Origin: an archaeon
GTDB lineage: Archaea; Iainarchaeota; Iainarchaeia; Iainarchaeales; CSSED10-239
Length of the DNA stretch: 32,000 bases
Direction of reading: 5' to 3'
Assembly: GCA_035390665.1 (NCBI GenBank)
Contig: DAOOUC010000007.1
Coordinates: 12,728-44,727 of the forward strand
Both the position numbers and the translations under genes were made by a program. Position 1 is the stretch's first letter; each line of letters starts with the position of its first letter. The notes below the pieces were generated by a model. That model was not told the origin of the DNA. It made no database searches and worked only from the letters and a program-made list of their open reading frames with translations. Of the stretch, positions 24,380 to 32,000 are shown in pieces.

Positions 24380-25483
24380 ATGAAGTCATTAGTAAACAAC
24401 GCAGTCAGCGCAAAAAGTAATAATAGTGCCGAATATGCAAAAGACGGCGAATTTGCTGCTCCTAAGATTATGGTAATAGGTGTCGGTGGTGCAGGTAATA
24501 ACTCCGTAAACAGAATCTCAGCAATGGGAGTTGCAGGTGCTGAATTAATTGCTGTTAACACAGACAGAGCACACTTAGGTATTATCTCAGATGATATTAC
24601 AAAATTATTAATCGGTAAATCAGTAACAAACGGACTTGGTGCAGGTGCTTACCCAGAAGTTGGTGCAAAGGCTGCTGAAGTATCCAAGGCAGCATTAGAA
24701 GAAATTTTAGATGGTGTTGATTTATTATTCATTACAGCTGGTATGGGTGGTGGAACAGGTACAGGTGCTGCTCCAGTAGTTGCTCAAATAGCTAAACAAC
24801 AAGGTGCAATCGTTGTTGCAATTGTTACATACCCATTCGCTTTAGAAAGAGCAAGAATGAAGAAAGCAGAAGAAGGAATAGACATCTTAAAAGATATATG
24901 TGATACAGTTGTTGTTATCGATAACAACAGATTAGTTGAATTAGTTCCAAACTTACCAGTACAAGACGCATTCAAGGTTGCTGATGAAGTAATCGCAAGA
25001 GCAGTAAGAGGAATAACTGAAACTATAACACAACCATCATTAATTAACTTGGATTACGCAGATATTAGAACAGTAATGGGCGGTAAAGGATTATCTGTTA
25101 TTGCTGTTGGTGAATCACAATCAGTAAACAAAGTTGATGAAGTAGTTGAAGACACATTAAAGAACGCATTACTTGATGTTGATATTACAGGAGCAACAGG
25201 ATGTTTAATACACATCACAGGTGGAACTGAATTAACATTAGGTGAAGCAAACGCAGTTGGTGAAATGTTAACAGAACAAATCGATCCTAACGCTCAAGTT
25301 ATTTGGGGTGCAAGAATTGATCCAACATTCGAGAACAAATTAGAAGTAATCGCAATCTTTACAGGAGTAAAGTCACCATTCATAAAAGGAAGTAAGAAAT
25401 TTACAGGTGGCAATCAACCAGCAAGTAATTCTGGAAGAGGATCTGGAAGATACAACGATGATTTCGGAATAGACATGTTATAA
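24380..25483 (+). CDS. ftsZ: cell division GTPase FtsZ
   Basis: Tubulin signature [13 protein letters not shown]; [16 protein letters not shown]; NTDRAHL; [23 protein letters not shown] 10 nt upstream. Confidence 0.97.
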   Translation: MKSLVNNAVSAKSNNSAEYAKDGEFAAPKIMVIGVGGAGNNSVNRISAMGVAGAELIAVNTDRAHLGIISDDITKLLIGKSVTNGLGAGAYPEVGAKAAEVSKAALEEILDGVDLLFITAGMGGGTGTGAAPVVAQIAKQQGAIVVAIVTYPFALERARMKKAEEGIDILKDICDTVVVIDNNRLVELVPNLPVQDAFKVADEVIARAVRGITETITQPSLINLDYADIRTVMGGKGLSVIAVGESQSVNKVDEVVEDTLKNALLDVDITGATGCLIHITGGTELTLGEANAVGEMLTEQIDPNAQVIWGARIDPTFENKLEVIAIFTGVKSPFIKGSKKFTGGNQPASNSGRGSGRYNDDFGIDML

Positions 25484-25512
25484 GTGAGAAATCACAAACA
25501 ATACACCAAAAG

Positions 25513-25550
25513 AAAAGACAGTTTTTGTCTTTTCCATTTTTTCTTTTTCT
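25513..25550 (+). terminator. hairpin plus T-tract downstream of ftsZ
   Basis: AAAAGACA-GTTTT-TGTCTTTT (8-bp stem, 25513-25533) is followed by CCATTTTTTCTTTTTC, 30 nt after the ftsZ stop. Confidence 0.45.
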
Positions 25551-25651
25551 AATTTAATTTAAAAACTAAAGTCTTAACTTCTGTGGTTATAAACAATCGC
25601 TTTAAAAGCTCTATCTTTGTAGTAGATATATATCAAATAGAGGTGGTATAT

Positions 25652-25795
25652 ATGCCAGCAGATGTAAAAATAGAATGTGAACAATGTAAACAGAAAGTAA
25701 TAACATCAGGATTAACATACAAAGACAAATGGTTCTGTTCAAAGAAATGTTTAGATGAATACAAGAAACAATTGTTAACACCAAAAACAGAATAA
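25652..25795 (+). CDS. small zinc-ribbon protein (47 aa), TRASH-like C-x2-C-x17-C-x3-C
   Basis: MPADVKIECEQCKQKVITSGLTYKDKWFCSKKCLDEYKK. GAGGTGG SD sits 6 nt upstream of the ATG at 25652. The upstream part of the track ORF (from 25583) lacks an RBS and looks like non-coding read-through. Confidence 0.65.
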   Translation: MPADVKIECEQCKQKVITSGLTYKDKWFCSKKCLDEYKKQLLTPKTE

Positions 25796-25867
25796 AATTA
25801 ATTATTTTTTTCTAATTTTAATATAAAATTAGTGGGTATTAATAAAAAATAAAAAGAGGGAAATGCA

Positions 25868-26149
25868 ATGTCGAAAAAAATAAAAATAATAGATTTTATA
25901 CCAGGCGTTCTTGCAATTTTATTATTTGTTGCAAGATATATAAAGTTCTTTAAAGTAATAGATTTTGGAGATCTTGGGAAAGTATATATATCTTTTGTAC
26001 AAAAGATTCAAGAATGTAGTAAGCCATTAATTTCAAGACTAGATACTTGTTCAGGAATAGGAACAACAAACGTGATCTGGTGGATAGCTATTGTAGTATT
26101 ATTGGCAGTGCAAGGTTTTATTTTATATAAAAAGTTTGCTAAAAAGTAA
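25868..26149 (+). CDS. hypothetical membrane protein (93 aa, 2 TM)
   Basis: ORF track; TM stretches FIPGVLAILLFVA and VIWWIAIVVLLAVQGFILY; no domain recognised. Confidence 0.55.
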   Translation: MSKKIKIIDFIPGVLAILLFVARYIKFFKVIDFGDLGKVYISFVQKIQECSKPLISRLDTCSGIGTTNVIWWIAIVVLLAVQGFILYKKFAKK

Positions 26150-26170
26150 TTTTTAACTTTTCTTTTTCTT

Positions 26171-26443
26171 TTATTTTTTCTTAGTTTTTTTATTTATGAA
26201 AAAGATATAGATTATTGGTAGAATACCTACTGTATTAAAAATTAATAAACAAACAAACCAAGTAAGTTGGTTATTTCTTCCTGCTTTCCATAAAGCAATA
26301 CCTTTCCAAACAAGTTCCCAAATCATTAATGGTATTAGCCAAACTAACATAGTATTTGTAATCATAGATAAAATAGATAATAAAAATAAATATAAATGTG
26401 TTTTATTTCTGTGACCATTAATTGCGGTTTTGTATTTTTGCAA
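26171..26443 (-). CDS. small membrane protein with WKGIALWKAGRNNQ-x3-WF motif (I recall this as the DUF5652-type family; unverified)
   Basis: LVWLIPLMIWELVWKGIALWKAGRNNQLTWFVCLLIFNTVGILPIIYIFF. The track start is a TTG at 26443. An ATG at 26365 (MITNTML...) would give a 64-aa 2-TM protein, so the start is uncertain. Confidence 0.6.
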   Translation of the reverse strand: MQKYKTAINGHRNKTHLYLFLLSILSMITNTMLVWLIPLMIWELVWKGIALWKAGRNNQLTWFVCLLIFNTVGILPIIYIFFINKKTKKK

Positions 26444-26489
26444 TTTACTAACTTAAAATTTCAAATCCACAAAATATCTCAAAAATAGC

Positions 26490-26497
26490 TTTATATA
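26490..26497 (+). promoter_or_regulatory. TATA-box-like element positioned for a leaderless toxin-antitoxin transcript
   Basis: TTTATATA is centred about 26 nt upstream of the ATG at 26520, with no SD in between. Confidence 0.4.
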
Positions 26498-26519
26498 TAT
26501 CTAAGAGTAATAAATATTT

Positions 26520-26660
26520 ATGAAATCTAAGTTGAAGTCAAGTGGAAAGTTAAGATATTTTGTTTCAAGACAAAATAAGCCAAGATTAACTATACTAGAA
26601 ACAGAACTTGCAAAGTCTTGGTTAACAAAAGAAGAAGATGAAGCATGGAAGAATTTGTAA
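26520..26660 (+). CDS. putative antitoxin (46 aa) partnered with the MazF/PemK-like toxin
   Basis: Own translation: MKSKLKSSGKLRYFVSRQNKPRLTILETELAKSWLTKEEDEAWKNL. Its 3' end overlaps the toxin start by 16 nt (toxin ATG at 26645, antitoxin TAA at 26658-60), the classic type II TA layout. The acidic tail W-x-x-x-EEDEAW resembles antitoxin C-termini I recall, but no DNA-binding fold is recognisable. Confidence 0.5.
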   Translation: MKSKLKSSGKLRYFVSRQNKPRLTILETELAKSWLTKEEDEAWKNL

Positions 26661-26977
26661 AAGGACAAATTGTTGTTGTCCCTTTCCCTTTCTCAGATTT
26701 AACCGATTTAAAAAAAAGACCAGCAATGGTTATTAGTTCTCTTGAAGGAAATAATCTTATTCTTGCACAAATAACAAGTAGATATAGAACGCAAAAATAC
26801 TCATTAGATATTAAAATCAAAGACTTTGAAAAAGGAAATCTACATATAGATTCATATGTTAATTGCGATAAGATATTCACACTAGATAAAAACATAATAC
26901 TAAATTCTGTAGGAATATTAAAAGCAGAAAAAACATACAAAATTGTTTCTAAAATAATTGAAATTATTAAAAACTAA
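26645..26977 (+). CDS. PemK/MazF-family type II toxin (mRNA interferase-like)
   Basis: VKGQIVVVPFPFSDLTDLKKRPAMVISS...LILAQITS matches the MazF/PemK N-terminal pattern (G-D/Q-I-v-x-v-x-F-P-f-s-d...k-k-R-P-a-v-V). Confidence 0.8.
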   Translation: MEEFVKGQIVVVPFPFSDLTDLKKRPAMVISSLEGNNLILAQITSRYRTQKYSLDIKIKDFEKGNLHIDSYVNCDKIFTLDKNIILNSVGILKAEKTYKIVSKIIEIIKN

Positions 26978-27110
26978 TATAGTTCTTCAGAATTGGGTGG
27001 ATTAAGAAAAATCTAAACCCAAAAAAGTTTAAAAATCAAAACCTTTAACATTATTTTATAAAGATAATGCTTTACTATTTTTATATAAAAAAATATTTTA
27101 GGTGGATTAA

Positions 27111-30086
27111 ATGTTTATTAAAAAAAAGGGTCAAATTTCTATAGAAGCTTTAATTATTGTAAGTGTCTTAATTGTTGGAGGAATAATCTTTGCAACAGTT
27201 TATCTTGGACAAAGAAATAAACTTGCACAAGATCAATCTAGAGTTTTAGGAACAATTGATAATATTGATTATTCAGGAGATTTTGAAACAATTACAAATC
27301 CACCAACACCACCAGAGCCACCAAATCCAAATGAATGTTCACCTTATCCTGAGCATTGTTGTAATAATATCCCAGATTATGATGAAGATGGATTAGATTG
27401 TGGAGGTTCAGATTGTACGCCATGTGGAACACCAGAGTATGGTTGTGAAAATTTAGGAGAACCAACATTTAGTCCAGAGGGTGGAGTATTTAGTGAAACA
27501 GTAAATTTAAATTTAAATTATATTGATGAGTCTTGTCCAGATGCAGAAATACATTATACAATAGGAACAACTCCAGCAGAACCAACAACAAGTGATCAAA
27601 TCTTTGTTCCATTTTCTGGTCCAATAGAAATAACAAGTACACAAACGGTTAAAGCAAAAGTTTTTGCAGAAAGAAATGGAAACACATTATCTGGAGATAC
27701 TGCAACTAGATATTATGAAATAAATCCAAGTGTTTGTAATAAAATTCCAGGAACTGTAACATTTATTCCAAAAGGAACAACCTATAATTCTTCATTAAAG
27801 GTAGAATTAGAATATTATGAAAAAAACTGTTCAACATATGATATATTGTATACAATAAGTGATGTAGGTATTCCACCAGTAATAGAAAATATATATTCTG
27901 CACCTATAATAATAGCAAATAAAGATAAAAACATTACTGCACGTGTAAGAGTTTTAAATTCTTTAGGAACTTATGTTTATGGACTTCCAAAAACTGAAAT
28001 ATATACTTATAATAAAAATGGTTGTGATGGAACAATAGAACGTCCAACATTTAATCCAGTAGGGGGAACATATAATCAGCCAGTATATTTAAGTTTAAGT
28101 TATAATAACGCAACATGTTCAGATTATAATATTCATTATACAACAAACAATACAGAACCAACAACATTATCACCAATTGCTGGGAGAAATAAATCAATAA
28201 ATATTTCTGTAGATAAAAATATTACTGCAAAAGTCTTTGCAAGAAATTCATCTGGAATCATAGTTTCAGGACCATCAAAAAAAGAAAACTATAGAATAAC
28301 AGCAGGTGGTTCTGTGTTATGTGCAAGCGGAGTTGGCGGAGGAACAGGAACAATAACTGATCCAAAAATCATTTGTACTCCAGAGGAACTTAACGATATA
28401 AGATTTGGAGCTAATCTAGGAAAATATTATGTTTTAGGTCAAGATATAGATCTTAATCACTCAATTCTTTCAAATTTAGATTTAAGCTGGGGATATAGTT
28501 CAACATATGGTTGGACACCAATAGGTTTACAAACAAATGTATTTACTGGGTCTTTAGATGGTAACGGATATAAGATAAAAAATCTATATATTAATAGACC
28601 TACAAATTATAATGGAGAATATCTTGGATTATTTGGATATCTTGGTGGAACAAATCCAACAATTAAAAATTTGGAATTAGTTAATGCAAATATTACAGGA
28701 TATGGATATGTTGGAGGATTAGTAGGAGTTTCTCCAAATAATGTTAATTCAATTATAGATAATATAACAGTTACAAATATTAATCTAAATTCAAATAATT
28801 TATCAGCAGGTGGAATTATTGGTGCAAATTATAGAGGAGTATTACAAAATAGTACATCTACAGGAAACATAACTGGGGTAATGGTTGTAGGTGGATTAGT
28901 TGGATCCACAGGTCAATATTCTTCAATAATTAATAGTAATTCTAGTGCTTCTGTTTCAGGTACAGAAATAATAGGCGGGTTAGTTGGAATAGCTGGCGGA
29001 TCAATATTAAATAGTTATTTTGAAGGAGATGTTTCTGGAGATGAATATATAGGAGGTATTTCTGGATCTTTATCAACAGGAAACATAAATAACAGTTATT
29101 TTAATGGAACAGTAACAGGTGATACAGTTGTTGGAGGAATCTCTGGAAATGCAAATCAAACAGCAAAAATAATGTCTAGTTATTGTACTAATATTGCATC
29201 AATAAATGGACAAACAAAAATAGGCGGAATTGTAGGAAATATATCTTTAGGACAAAGTACTTTTTCTATAATTGAAGACAGCAATTTTAATGGAACAGTA
29301 ACAGGAATTTCAGAAATTGGCGGAATATTAGGTTATGGAAAGGCAACACAATCTGGTAGTTATTCTAGAACAATTATAAATTCAAATTTACTAAATGGCA
29401 CAATCACAGGCGATTCAAATGTTGGAGGAATAGTAGGATATAGTAATCAAACAAATATTGAAGGATGTAAGTCTAATGGAAACATAGTAGGTAAAAATAA
29501 TGTAGGTGGAATTACTGGACAAAGTTCTTCTCAACTAATATCAAATTCTTCTTTTTCAGGAACAATAACAAGCTCTGGTTCTGGAAATAATTTTGGAGGA
29601 ATAGCAGGATTTAATCAATCTAGTTATTTATTTAATAATTATTCTAAAGGAAATGTAACTGCAGGATCAAATGTAAATAATGTTGGTGGTCTTGTAGGGC
29701 AATGTAAATATGTTGCATCCAATATTTATAATAATTATTGTGTAAGTCCAGTAACTGGTGGTAATAATGTAGGTGGATTTATAGGATATTCAGAAAATTG
29801 TGGTGTTCAAAAAAATTATTCTACAGGAGCAGTAACAGGTACTACAAATGCAGGTGGATTTATTGGATCTATATCTGCTGGATTTTATAATTTTAATTAT
29901 TGGAATACACAAACATCAGGTAAAACAACAAGTGCAACAGGAACAGGAAAAACAACCGCCGAAATGAAACAACAAGCAACATTTGTTGGTTTTAATTTTA
30001 ATCCAGGAGATAATTTATGGAATATTAACGCAGGAAGCACATATCCATATTTAAGGCAAAATACACAAATGCCACTCCCAAATTAA
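27111..30086 (+). CDS. giant surface protein: class III (prepilin-type KG/QxSxE) signal + Cys-rich DCGG module + 3 chitobiase-C-like domains + GLUG-motif region
   Basis: MFIKKKGQISIEALIIVSVLIVGGIIF has KG then Q+1 and E+5, the DUF361/class III signal pattern. HCCNNIPDYDEDGLDCGGSDCTPCG follows. There are three roughly 95-aa repeats of type PTFSPEGGVF...AEIHYT...VKAKVFA (nt ~27441-28300) and many VGGLVG/IGGISG motifs. The C-terminus YWNTQTSGKTTSATGTGKTTAEMKQQATF...YPYLRQNTQMP is shared with the 19273..23247 gene. Confidence 0.88.
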   Translation: MFIKKKGQISIEALIIVSVLIVGGIIFATVYLGQRNKLAQDQSRVLGTIDNIDYSGDFETITNPPTPPEPPNPNECSPYPEHCCNNIPDYDEDGLDCGGSDCTPCGTPEYGCENLGEPTFSPEGGVFSETVNLNLNYIDESCPDAEIHYTIGTTPAEPTTSDQIFVPFSGPIEITSTQTVKAKVFAERNGNTLSGDTATRYYEINPSVCNKIPGTVTFIPKGTTYNSSLKVELEYYEKNCSTYDILYTISDVGIPPVIENIYSAPIIIANKDKNITARVRVLNSLGTYVYGLPKTEIYTYNKNGCDGTIERPTFNPVGGTYNQPVYLSLSYNNATCSDYNIHYTTNNTEPTTLSPIAGRNKSINISVDKNITAKVFARNSSGIIVSGPSKKENYRITAGGSVLCASGVGGGTGTITDPKIICTPEELNDIRFGANLGKYYVLGQDIDLNHSILSNLDLSWGYSSTYGWTPIGLQTNVFTGSLDGNGYKIKNLYINRPTNYNGEYLGLFGYLGGTNPTIKNLELVNANITGYGYVGGLVGVSPNNVNSIIDNITVTNINLNSNNLSAGGIIGANYRGVLQNSTSTGNITGVMVVGGLVGSTGQYSSIINSNSSASVSGTEIIGGLVGIAGGSILNSYFEGDVSGDEYIGGISGSLSTGNINNSYFNGTVTGDTVVGGISGNANQTAKIMSSYCTNIASINGQTKIGGIVGNISLGQSTFSIIEDSNFNGTVTGISEIGGILGYGKATQSGSYSRTIINSNLLNGTITGDSNVGGIVGYSNQTNIEGCKSNGNIVGKNNVGGITGQSSSQLISNSSFSGTITSSGSGNNFGGIAGFNQSSYLFNNYSKGNVTAGSNVNNVGGLVGQCKYVASNIYNNYCVSPVTGGNNVGGFIGYSENCGVQKNYSTGAVTGTTNAGGFIGSISAGFYNFNYWNTQTSGKTTSATGTGKTTAEMKQQATFVGFNFNPGDNLWNINAGSTYPYLRQNTQMPLPN

Positions 30087-30163
30087 TTTTACTTTACCTT
30101 TTATATTTATTTCTTTTCTTAAATATATTTATTAATTGAATATAATTAATAGAAGAAATATTT

Positions 30164-32000
30164 ATGAATACAAAAAGTTATTTATTAATCTTATCAATTT
30201 TATTAATCTTCTTATCTAATTTTATATGTGCAGAAGAGTTAGATTTTTCTATTACTCAAAAGATATTTACTAATTTAGGAATAACAGAAAATAAAGAAGA
30301 AATATACTTAGATCATGGAGGAGTATTATATCCCCCAGAAAATGAATTAAGAAAACAAGGATTAAATTTAAGTTCTTATAAACAACAATTAAGAGATACA
30401 GCATCAATAAATAGAAATTCAAGTGTTGCAAATATTTGGGGAACAAGTCCATTGTCTGGAACTGTCCATATTCCTGTTCTTTTAGTTCAATTTTCAGATA
30501 ATCAAGCAACCTATACTCAATCTCAATTAAATGAAGCATTTAATAGTAGTAATTATCTGGTAAATAATATTTCAGGAATAAGTTTAAGTAAATATTATTA
30601 TAAGCAATCATATGGAGACCTTAATTTAGTATTTGATGTTTATGATTGGAGAACCGCACCAAGCACCTATTCTTATTATTCTCAAAATAATACAACTTCT
30701 TTTCAATTAGGAATTGATACAGTTAATTTATTTAATCCATATATTGATTATACACAATATGATAATGATAATGATGGAAGATTAGATGGTATGATAATAA
30801 TTTATCCTGGAGTTGGCACGAATGCACCAAATGGTATTTGGCCACATGCTAGAATCTTAAGACAATATAATTCTAATCCAATGGATGGAAAATATTTAGG
30901 AAATATTGCATTTGTTCCTGAGAAATCTACAGGTTCTTTAAATGCTTTTTCTGTAGTTACTGTAGCTCATGAGTTTGCACATGTTTTAGGGTTAATGGAT
31001 CTTTATTCAATCAACCCAACAACAGGAGCACAAAGTAATGGTGCTGTAAGGCAAATGACAATGATGGCACATAGTGTTCCAAGTTTTGCTTGTGCAATTA
31101 AGCCAATTAACTTAGACGTTTGGTCTCGTTATTTCTTTGGTTGGATCGAGCCAGAAATCTTAACCACAGATAGTAATAAAAATATAAGTCTTAGAAGTGT
31201 AAATGATTATCCAGACGCAGTAATTTTAAAAAATAATAATTTTGGTACAAGAGAATTTTTTATAATAGAAAATAGATATAGAAGTTTAACAGATCCAAAT
31301 AATTTAGACAAATGTATGTTTAGTGATTCTACATACGATACTGGAGGATTTGCAATTTATCATGTTGATGAACAATATATAGAGGAGAATTATCCTACAA
31401 ATTCTATAATGTATGATTCAGATAGCAATTATTGTGGAGACACCATAAGTCACCCAGGACTTTTATATGAACAAAATTATGTTACATCTTGTAGTACTTC
31501 AATAAATGTAGATAGAACAGATCTATATTTTAATAGTGAAATAAATAATTGTAATTTATCTAGATTTGATGAAAATCAATATATGTGTCCAGGACCATTT
31601 TGGTTTCCAATTTTAGATTTAACAACAAGAAGTTATACTGGAGTAAATAATACTTTTGTTAGATTTCAAGCAATTAGCCCTGCAAGTCAATTTACAATGA
31701 ATGCAAAAATGCTTGTTGGGCAAGAGACCGCAAATCCTGAATTGTTTCCAAATCCAGGAACATATCCTCAAACTACACAAGTTACCATAAATACAACAAC
31801 ACCTAATGCTATAATTTATTACACAACAGACGGAACAAATCCAACAACAAACAGTCTAATCTACACATCTCCAATAACTGTAACTGAAGGCACAACAACA
31901 ATAAAAGCAATAGCAAAAAGAAATGATTATTATATAAGTGACATTATGTCAAGTACATACACAATAACTGGGACTGTTGCAACACCAACAGCTAATCAAA
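30164..32000 (+). CDS. secreted M6-family (immune inhibitor A / InhA-like) metalloprotease with C-terminal chitobiase-C-like domain (3' end beyond window)
   Basis: Own translation from the ATG at 30164: MNTKSYLLILSILLIFLSNFICAEE (signal)...GTVHIPVLLVQFSDNQ...DNDNDGRLDGMIIIYPG...VTVAHEFAHVLGLMDLY (HExxH followed by GL-x-DLY, as in InhA)...FPNPGTYPQTTQVTINTTTPNAIIYYTTDGTNPTT. The frame is open to the window end and is absent from the ORF track for that reason. Confidence 0.85.
   Translation, partial: MNTKSYLLILSILLIFLSNFICAEELDFSITQKIFTNLGITENKEEIYLDHGGVLYPPENELRKQGLNLSSYKQQLRDTASINRNSSVANIWGTSPLSGTVHIPVLLVQFSDNQATYTQSQLNEAFNSSNYLVNNISGISLSKYYYKQSYGDLNLVFDVYDWRTAPSTYSYYSQNNTTSFQLGIDTVNLFNPYIDYTQYDNDNDGRLDGMIIIYPGVGTNAPNGIWPHARILRQYNSNPMDGKYLGNIAFVPEKSTGSLNAFSVVTVAHEFAHVLGLMDLYSINPTTGAQSNGAVRQMTMMAHSVPSFACAIKPINLDVWSRYFFGWIEPEILTTDSNKNISLRSVNDYPDAVILKNNNFGTREFFIIENRYRSLTDPNNLDKCMFSDSTYDTGGFAIYHVDEQYIEENYPTNSIMYDSDSNYCGDTISHPGLLYEQNYVTSCSTSINVDRTDLYFNSEINNCNLSRFDENQYMCPGPFWFPILDLTTRSYTGVNNTFVRFQAISPASQFTMNAKMLVGQETANPELFPNPGTYPQTTQVTINTTTPNAIIYYTTDGTNPTTNSLIYTSPITVTEGTTTIKAIAKRNDYYISDIMSSTYTITGTVATPTANQ

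Noticed and set aside
26590-26940. 116-aa minus-strand ORF covering the toxin-antitoxin locus
   Set aside because: It is antisense to a clear MazF/PemK-family CDS. Its product is low-complexity (MYVFSAFNIPTEFSIMFLSS...) with no motif or RBS. The plus-strand pair has the canonical overlapping TA layout.
19273-30086. GLUG-region repeats as transposon ends or non-coding satellite
   Set aside because: All repeats are in frame within long uninterrupted ORFs and encode the conserved GLUG and TSGQTTSATGTGKTTAEMK peptides. No transposase or terminal inverted repeat structure is present.
30270-30539. 89-aa minus-strand ORF
   Set aside because: It lies wholly inside the plus-strand M6 metalloprotease CDS, which starts at 30164 and runs off the window. 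The sequence is Leu/Ile/Phe/Tyr-rich, typical of antisense frames in AT-rich genes.

Overview
AT-rich (about 30% GC by eye) chromosomal segment that reads as archaeal. Evidence: an AspRS ending in the archaeal/eukaryotic-type PRDPERLTP, two archaeal class III (type IV pilin-like) signal peptides, an SRP RNA with an Alu-type UGUAAC motif, TATA-box-like promoters about 25-30 nt upstream of starts, and tRNA genes without encoded CCA. A small-genome DPANN-like lineage is my guess (inference only). Housekeeping genes: thrS, aspS, ftsZ, SRP RNA, tRNA-Ser(GCU), tRNA-Leu(CAA), tRNA-Val(CAC), an HhH-GPD glycosylase and a MacB-like ABC pair. Between them sits an unusually dense set of large secreted or surface proteins. 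(1) A 1657-aa secreted protein carries NlpC/P60-like, YkuD L,D-transpeptidase and SLT-like signatures, which are bacterial murein chemistry in an archaeon. (2) Two giant GLUG-repeat proteins (1324 and 991 aa) each start with a different family of archaeal prepilin signal. (3) An M6 (InhA-like) metalloprotease lies directly downstream of the second GLUG gene and shares a chitobiase-C-like domain with it. (4) There is a membrane-anchored papain-family protease. (5) A minus-strand cluster holds a membrane-tethered wHTH regulator and a DUF333-Kazal inhibitor-like protein. The window also contains a KilA-N gene beside tRNA-Val with a 30-bp perfect palindrome inside the CDS, and a MazF/PemK toxin with a tiny overlapping putative antitoxin. 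No CRISPR array, integrase, transposase or rRNA was seen. The best candidate for a novel system is a pilin-anchored adhesin plus secreted hydrolase arsenal aimed at another, possibly bacterial, cell. All homology calls come from motifs read by eye and need HMM or structure confirmation.
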